Assembly: GCA_002633005.1 (NCBI GenBank) | Contig: NMRA01000172.1 | Location: 269,866-333,865, forward strand | Direction: 5' to 3' | Origin: Phoronis australis | Lineage: Eukaryota; Animalia; Phoronida | DNA length: 64,000 nt | Shown here: positions 58,301 through 64,000 of the stretch, in pieces | Position numbering within the stretch: position 1 is the first letter of the stretch | How the letters are laid out: each line of letters starts with the position of its first letter | Translations under genes and position numbers: made by a program | Notes under the pieces: generated by a model | What the model was told of the DNA's origin: nothing | Seen by the model: the letters and a program-made list of their open reading frames with translations, nothing else | Database searches by the model: none

Positions 58301-61300
58301 TTTGGTGTTCGGATGATGACCAGTGAGATAAATATAAATATATGTAGCTCACTGATGATGACCAAGATGGATGTTGGGTTCAAAAGAATAAAATTTAGAA
58401 TTGATACTCTTATAATTCGAATACAAGTTTCTTGGCGCATTGTATTAATTCACTGTTATTTAGGACGCAGACCGTTGTCTATGTCTACGGTTTGAAATAA
58501 ATGTATTACGTAGTCCTAATGCTCCCTAAAATCGCTGACGTCACTTCCTCATGCAGATGTAAACTGTTTCGGTAGCAATGGACTTAAATAGAACAACCAT
58601 TGCGTAAAAGCACAGCAAATGCACAAAATAGTCCACTTTTCTGTTTTAGGATGGCAAAGGTTTGATGGTGAAACGATGGCAAAATCAACAAACATTATCA
58701 GGTAAGATGAAGAGCTATACGATAATGACACGCCACACTATACTATGTAATATTAAACCAATGTACTGGTCTCAAACTTTGTACACTGGTTATAGAAAAG
58801 ACGTTTATAGGCATATTCATATTATTTCGAGTTCGCTGCAAATTTTGGATATTTGGATTCTAAACTACTTAGAAGGTAATTTCCTCTTTCATTTTACCAT
58901 TTTTCTTCAACGCAAATACTGAAACAATCTTGTATGGCATGCTAAATTATTTTGTAGACAATTTCCAAAATTTTGGTATACTGCTCAATATAACTCATTG
59001 ATGTGAAAACTAAACATCTAAAAATGATAGACAACTTCACATGGGCGGCGAAGCACTGGAAAAAGTGGGGGCTGAAGCCCCCTCAGCCCCCCCCGTGGTT
59101 CACCGCCTTTTGACCATGTGCGGCGTAGCACTAAAAAAGTGTGGGTGTGCTATATCCCACGGCCCCCTGTGGTGCGCCGCCCATGTTTCAATCAAAAGTT
59201 GAAACATACACGCAATTCTTGCAGTATATCCACCAAGGCGAGGCTGTTTGAGCAGATTCGATGCTTGTTTTCACACATTTCAGTTTTCCACCGCGCCATC
59301 TAGTGAGTCTTAGAAAGCTCCATCTTTTAAAAGCAATTGGCTGTTAACACGACGGAAGCCCAATGAGGCGTAGCCAAAACCAAAGGTTCGAAGGATACGG
59401 CGTTCCTTAAAAGCGGTCACTTAATGCAGTTCTGCGTTTGTCAGTTCGGTGTCGCATTTACGGCGATTCTGCTGTCATGTGAACATGCTTTACTCTGCTA
59501 ACAGTTTCCCCATGAGAACGTAAATTAAAGCAAGTTACTTTTCACAAGCAAGTATTCTAGTCTAACTAACCTCTGTATTTACCGAATATTTATTTCTATG
59601 AAGTGTTATGTTTTTTTTGCAGGCATAATCGACAAAGAAATTGAAATCGCTAACTATAATTCCATCTCGTATGGAGAGTGGACTATTAGCGTGATAGCCT
59701 TTGTAAGTTGGAGCTTATGTGTGCAAATATTTATAACCAAGATGACATAGCAATATAATGTCACCATTGGTTTTAGCCGGTTTTTTCACTGACAGAAGCA
59801 TTCGTATAGTTGACTGTGTGTGTGGGAAAACGTCCCTTCTAATAGAGGACTCAGTTGCAAACTGCATTTTCGTCAATTCCGAACTGGCGGACATGTATGC
59901 ATGCCGTCCAAGGAATGCAAGACCGTGAATAATACATCACAAATTCTGCTTTGACGTGTGCATTCCATTTGCCAGTAAAATAGCCTCGGTAACAAATATT
60001 TTCACTTTCGACGAAAAATCCCGATTATTTGTTATATTCCAATTATGTGGTGAGACTAAAGTCGTTGTATGGGTCACACAGTCAGCAAAGGGGATATTTT
60101 ACACCGTTCAGCTCGGAGGCTATTTAAATTCTCAAAAGTCATTAACATCTTCCTGCTGTAGCTTATTCACGGACGAATCACGTGATTATTCCAGAAAATG
60201 TCACTCTTTAAAGATGCCGCATCCTCTTGTGCTAAGTCGTGCGGCTGTTGATCATCGTTGCCTTTGTGTGACCAACAAACAAACAAATATGCATTTTATG
60301 TCATGTTTTGTTTTCCAGGAGCACACCTATGATAAGAAGTTTGTTGTGACGGAATTCTGTAAGTAGACCCTATACCTTGCCATACGTATGTTTGTTGTGC
60401 CCTTAAATTTTGTTGATGGACGAACTCTAGTGTTCCAAAACCAGAATAGAACACAAAAACTCACGAAAAATATCTTTCAAACAATTCCAACAAACTTACC
60501 GTTTCGTAATGTCTACGATCACTTTCATCTGTAAGGAAATTCCAAGAGAAAAATAATCATCAAGTTTGTCAATTATAAACATGGACGTAAATTCAAACTT
60601 TCCTTCCATGAACCATATATACGCGCATGCGCTCATATCAATATACAATAATAACAAAGATAACAATCTACTATAGCTAAACACAGTGAGAAGAGTGAAT
60701 GTACAGCAGAGGAAGTGACGGGACTTCCGCTAAAATTCTAGGAGTGAAAGATTGAGTGAACAGATATACTCCGTGAAGATTGAACAAGAGACTGGTTTAT
60801 TGGCTGCAAAGCACGATCGCTGAGAGTGCCCAGAATGAACTAAATGCTAGACGTGTCACGGTCGGCTGCGAGTTCCGACTTCTCCAACTGTCCCTATATT
60901 TTCAACAACCTTAAGGTCAATAACAGGGGTCAAGATGGCTTATTTCCAGATACGGAAAGCCCGCATTGCATATTGGTACAGAACCGACGAAGTGACAAGT
61001 GTTTGGTAGATCGTTTTTAAAATTTTGATTCGAACTGAGATAAAATACTTCAAACTGCATGGAAATTCCAAATTTTTGTGAAAACGTCTTAGAAGAAACT
61101 TTTTGATATACTGACATCAAATTAAATGTAACAAAAATAATTACGTTTTGGGACTATATCAGACCATTGCATTTTCCCATGGCCTAATTATATCTCTCTA
61201 AACCGAAAAAAGAGTTCCGTAGAATTAGTTTCTTGAGAGAAAAGCAAGATCTCGCAAAATTTTCCGCGACTTTGTTCGGGAGGTTGCTAGTTTAGCAAAG

Positions 61301-64000
61301 TGGCGGCCACTGAAGTGATGTAGTGGTGAGCTTGGGATTGTTCGCCTGGATTGCTGGATTGAATTGACTGTTTCCGTTCCATATGTGTAAATATTTGCCG
61401 CAACTGCAAGCTCATGACTTTTGGTTTACGGAACTCATCTCTTGGGCTGATTATGCATTTGTATTTCGTCTATTTCAGATCACAACGAGTTCTATATCAA
61501 CGTGAGCACAGTCCCCTACATGATGGCCGACGGATTCGGCTTGTCCGGAGTTGTCTCCGCAAAGTAAGTACAGCGTAACATTTACGCTGTTCTTTTGTTG
61601 TTTCTGAGAGGACCAATTGCATTTGTTATCAAAGGTTTTCGTTTTGCAGTTCTAATTTTAAGCACACTATGGAATTTTTCACTTGTAAGCTAAACATGTG
61701 CATGGTTTTAAAAAATATACATTTTCCTCATTGAAGGCAGTTTTATCCATTGTTATCGGTAGATATTCACTTCTAAATTTCGTGGAGTTCTGTACGAACA
61801 TTTGCGTGGTTACTAAAATGAGCGATAACGTGGATCTGCAAGGTAGACCTGTGTGAAAATTGAGCTGGTTATTGTCAGGGCACCTAGCACCTCTTTTCCA
61901 TGAAGGGGAAGCCAAACTGGTACTGATTGTCTGAATTGGCTACAGACTGTAATGCCCATGCGCAAATACTTGCTTGTATTTTGTAACAAAAATGACCATG
62001 CCTGATGAGGGGTTGTTGTTGGACTAAGATTCGCATTCGTGAGTTGGGCGGCGTTCCGCAGAGCCAATACAAACGCTAGTGGGATCACGCGCTTTGCTTT
62101 TAATGCATGGCGTTACCTCGCAAACCCTTTCGTGAGCTTCCTGCGTCCGCGAAACGCATACCGGTTCAAGTTTGTCTGTGGCGGTAATGAGGTGGCCCCG
62201 CATCACGCACAAGTAGCTTACCCGCATAAAAGGTGTTGAAACTCGCAAAAAACAGTAACTTCTCGCGAGGTACACAGAAATGGGTACCATGCATGCATGC
62301 TTTACTTGACTCGCGTGTGACTCGTTTTACGGAAGTGACTCAGCAACAGGCAGTAGTCTAACTTATCTTTTTCTGTTCACAGAGAAATGTGGGGGAATGA
62401 GTACTTTTAATGAGATTCAGATCATTTTCTGAAGGAAATTGGAAATGTCTATGGTTCAGAAGTAAATTTTATTATCTGTCAAGACACATGTGCGTATGTT
62501 GAAAACAAGAATTCAGGCTCCAGGACACCCTTTCAAGCAGATTGCAACGTTATCACTCCGCTTGTTCACCCTGTTATTTTCATGACTGTGTTCTTGTTAC
62601 TGTTTCAGTCACTCAACAGGGTACGCTGTGAGGGGCAATGCGTCAATAACTCTGACGATACTGGATCCAACCAAACCCAACGCTGATGACAACCCTACTA
62701 TCAAGAGAATCGTCCCCTCCGTAAGGACTAGTTCCAAATCCTTTTGCTCAGCTGTGCTACTTATTGTAAACTTGTCACAGTTATTCTTCCTTTTAGGTAT
62801 GTCTTTTTACGGGTGTTATTTTGTGTTCTCTTCGCCCAATTCACCTGTCAGAATTTTCGAGGTTGATTTTTTTTATTATCGCCTGCGTTGTCATCGTCAA
62901 AAGCTGTGTTGACAGCGGAGGCAATAAAGATGTTGCCCTGTGCAACCACTAGGTGGGGCTGCGGATGATATCCCCATGACACCAAACCCTTATAAGAGAA
63001 GCCAAACAATTTATTCTGAAATCTGTGACATTTCATGAGACCGCATACACAATGAGGTAGCCTGTTGTGTGAAGGTACACATTTCAAATTTAAAGATCAC
63101 AAAATCTCAAAATATGTTACAATCTTGCAACTGTAGCATCAAATCAACATGCCAGTGGTACGTTGTGTTAATAAGTGCGACTATTGAAACCGGTTTTATG
63201 TGGTATAAATGAGCTCGACGAAATTTAATTCTAAACATGGTTTTAAATCAATAAAGGAACCCATTGATAAAATATGGAAGCACTTAAAAACTTTCAAAGA
63301 AGAACGGTCGTGTGTAGTTCTTGTGGTTTTAAAACAGCTCCTTATTAATTAATTAAACCAGTTTAATGGCTTTCCTTGTACATACACGGGCACTGATTGG
63401 AGAATAAGAATCCATAGGAAAACCCATCAGTTGGTTATTGGAATCAACAATCGTATGTCTTATGCTCAGTAGCATTTACGTCATAAGAGGTTAGAATGGC
63501 CAACTTGAAGGTTGGCACATTCCGTAGAACGTAAGAAAGACTGAGGCAACGGACGCAACTTGATAGTACAACTTAGGTAAATATGACAGGGGAGATAACA
63601 GGCACTTTGTCTAAGACTCCAATAATCCACGTGTGCTGACTTACCTGCAAATAATCTGTATAAATATAAAAATAAAAACCCAATTAATAGGTGTAAGTAA
63701 GATGTGTGGATTTTTGACTTTAAATTATTTTGACACATCGCCATAAGTCTGCACAGTCGCACCCACGTGCGGAAATGAAGCGGTTTGTTTAGTGCGGCTT
63801 GCATGAATGCCCAAAAGACAAATAATGCCGTTTTGCCCAGTTATTCAAGTTCAGATTCTATCTTTAAATATTTTCTTTATAGTTCGATGGTCGAACAGAT
63901 TTCCTGTTCACGAGACAGGAAATGGAAGCTCAAAGTGGCGGGAATCTAGCCGGCAAACGCCTCCACGTGGAGGCGAAGGTACTGGACTACTTCCGGGAGG
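55341..64000 (+). CDS. Gene 2: tandem paralog of gene 1 (Mcr/CD109-like TEP), 5' part, runs off the window
   Basis: Exons 55341-55429 (signal peptide MKVVWFACTLTFLWLEVGG), 56020-56203, 57110-57278, 57836-57906, 58650-58701, 59623-59702, 60319-60358, 61479-61563, 62609-62720, 63883->64000; same intron positions/phases as gene 1 exons 1-10 and strong amino-acid similarity (TYLLAAPRKVRPNQ, FENETAL, F.GRTDFLFTRQEME). Confidence 0.92.
59040..59185. mobile_element. Small MITE (CATGGGCGGCG TIRs)
   Basis: 11-bp TIR CATGGGCGGCG / CGCCGCCCATG; flanks CTTCA / TTTCA. Confidence 0.7.
59623..59702 (+). CDS. Gene 2 exon 6 (single copy)
   Basis: (G)IIDKEIEIANYNSISYGEWTISVIAF; homologous to 6a/6b; no second copy seen between 58702 and 60318. 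Confidence 0.88.

Noticed and set aside
55341-64000. Gene 2 as an uncollapsed haplotype of gene 1
   Set aside because: Many synonymous and amino-acid differences and unalignable introns indicate an old paralog.

Overview
Intron-rich, AT-rich animal (invertebrate-like) genomic DNA; most ORF-track entries are exon fragments or noise. The + strand carries two tandem paralogous thioester-protein (A2M/C3/CD109/TEP superfamily) genes of the macroglobulin-complement-related (Mcr/TEP6-like) type. Gene 1 (851-41369) was reconstructed by hand as 33 phase-consistent GT-AG coding exon positions (~1512 aa visible; exon(s) probably lost in the N gap at 19651). It encodes a signal peptide, MG domains, an LDLa module, a thioester domain, a CxxCGSxQCPYC motif and a hydrophobic C-terminal anchor. 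Gene 2 (55341 to beyond the window end) has the same intron positions and phases over its first 10 coding exons. Main findings: gene 1 has two pairs of duplicated, frame-incompatible exons (8515-8588/9291-9367 in an N-terminal MG domain; 23448-23553/24899-25004 just after the LDLa module, at the bait-region position), which implies mutually exclusive splicing and up to four isoforms. It also keeps an intact CGEQ thioester with Asp at the catalytic-His position, and two minisatellites have amplified its own exon-end/5' splice-site junctions. Introns and the intergenic region hold a tRNA-SINE, several MITEs, a decayed LINE, minisatellites and a repeat family rich in CTCF-like motifs.
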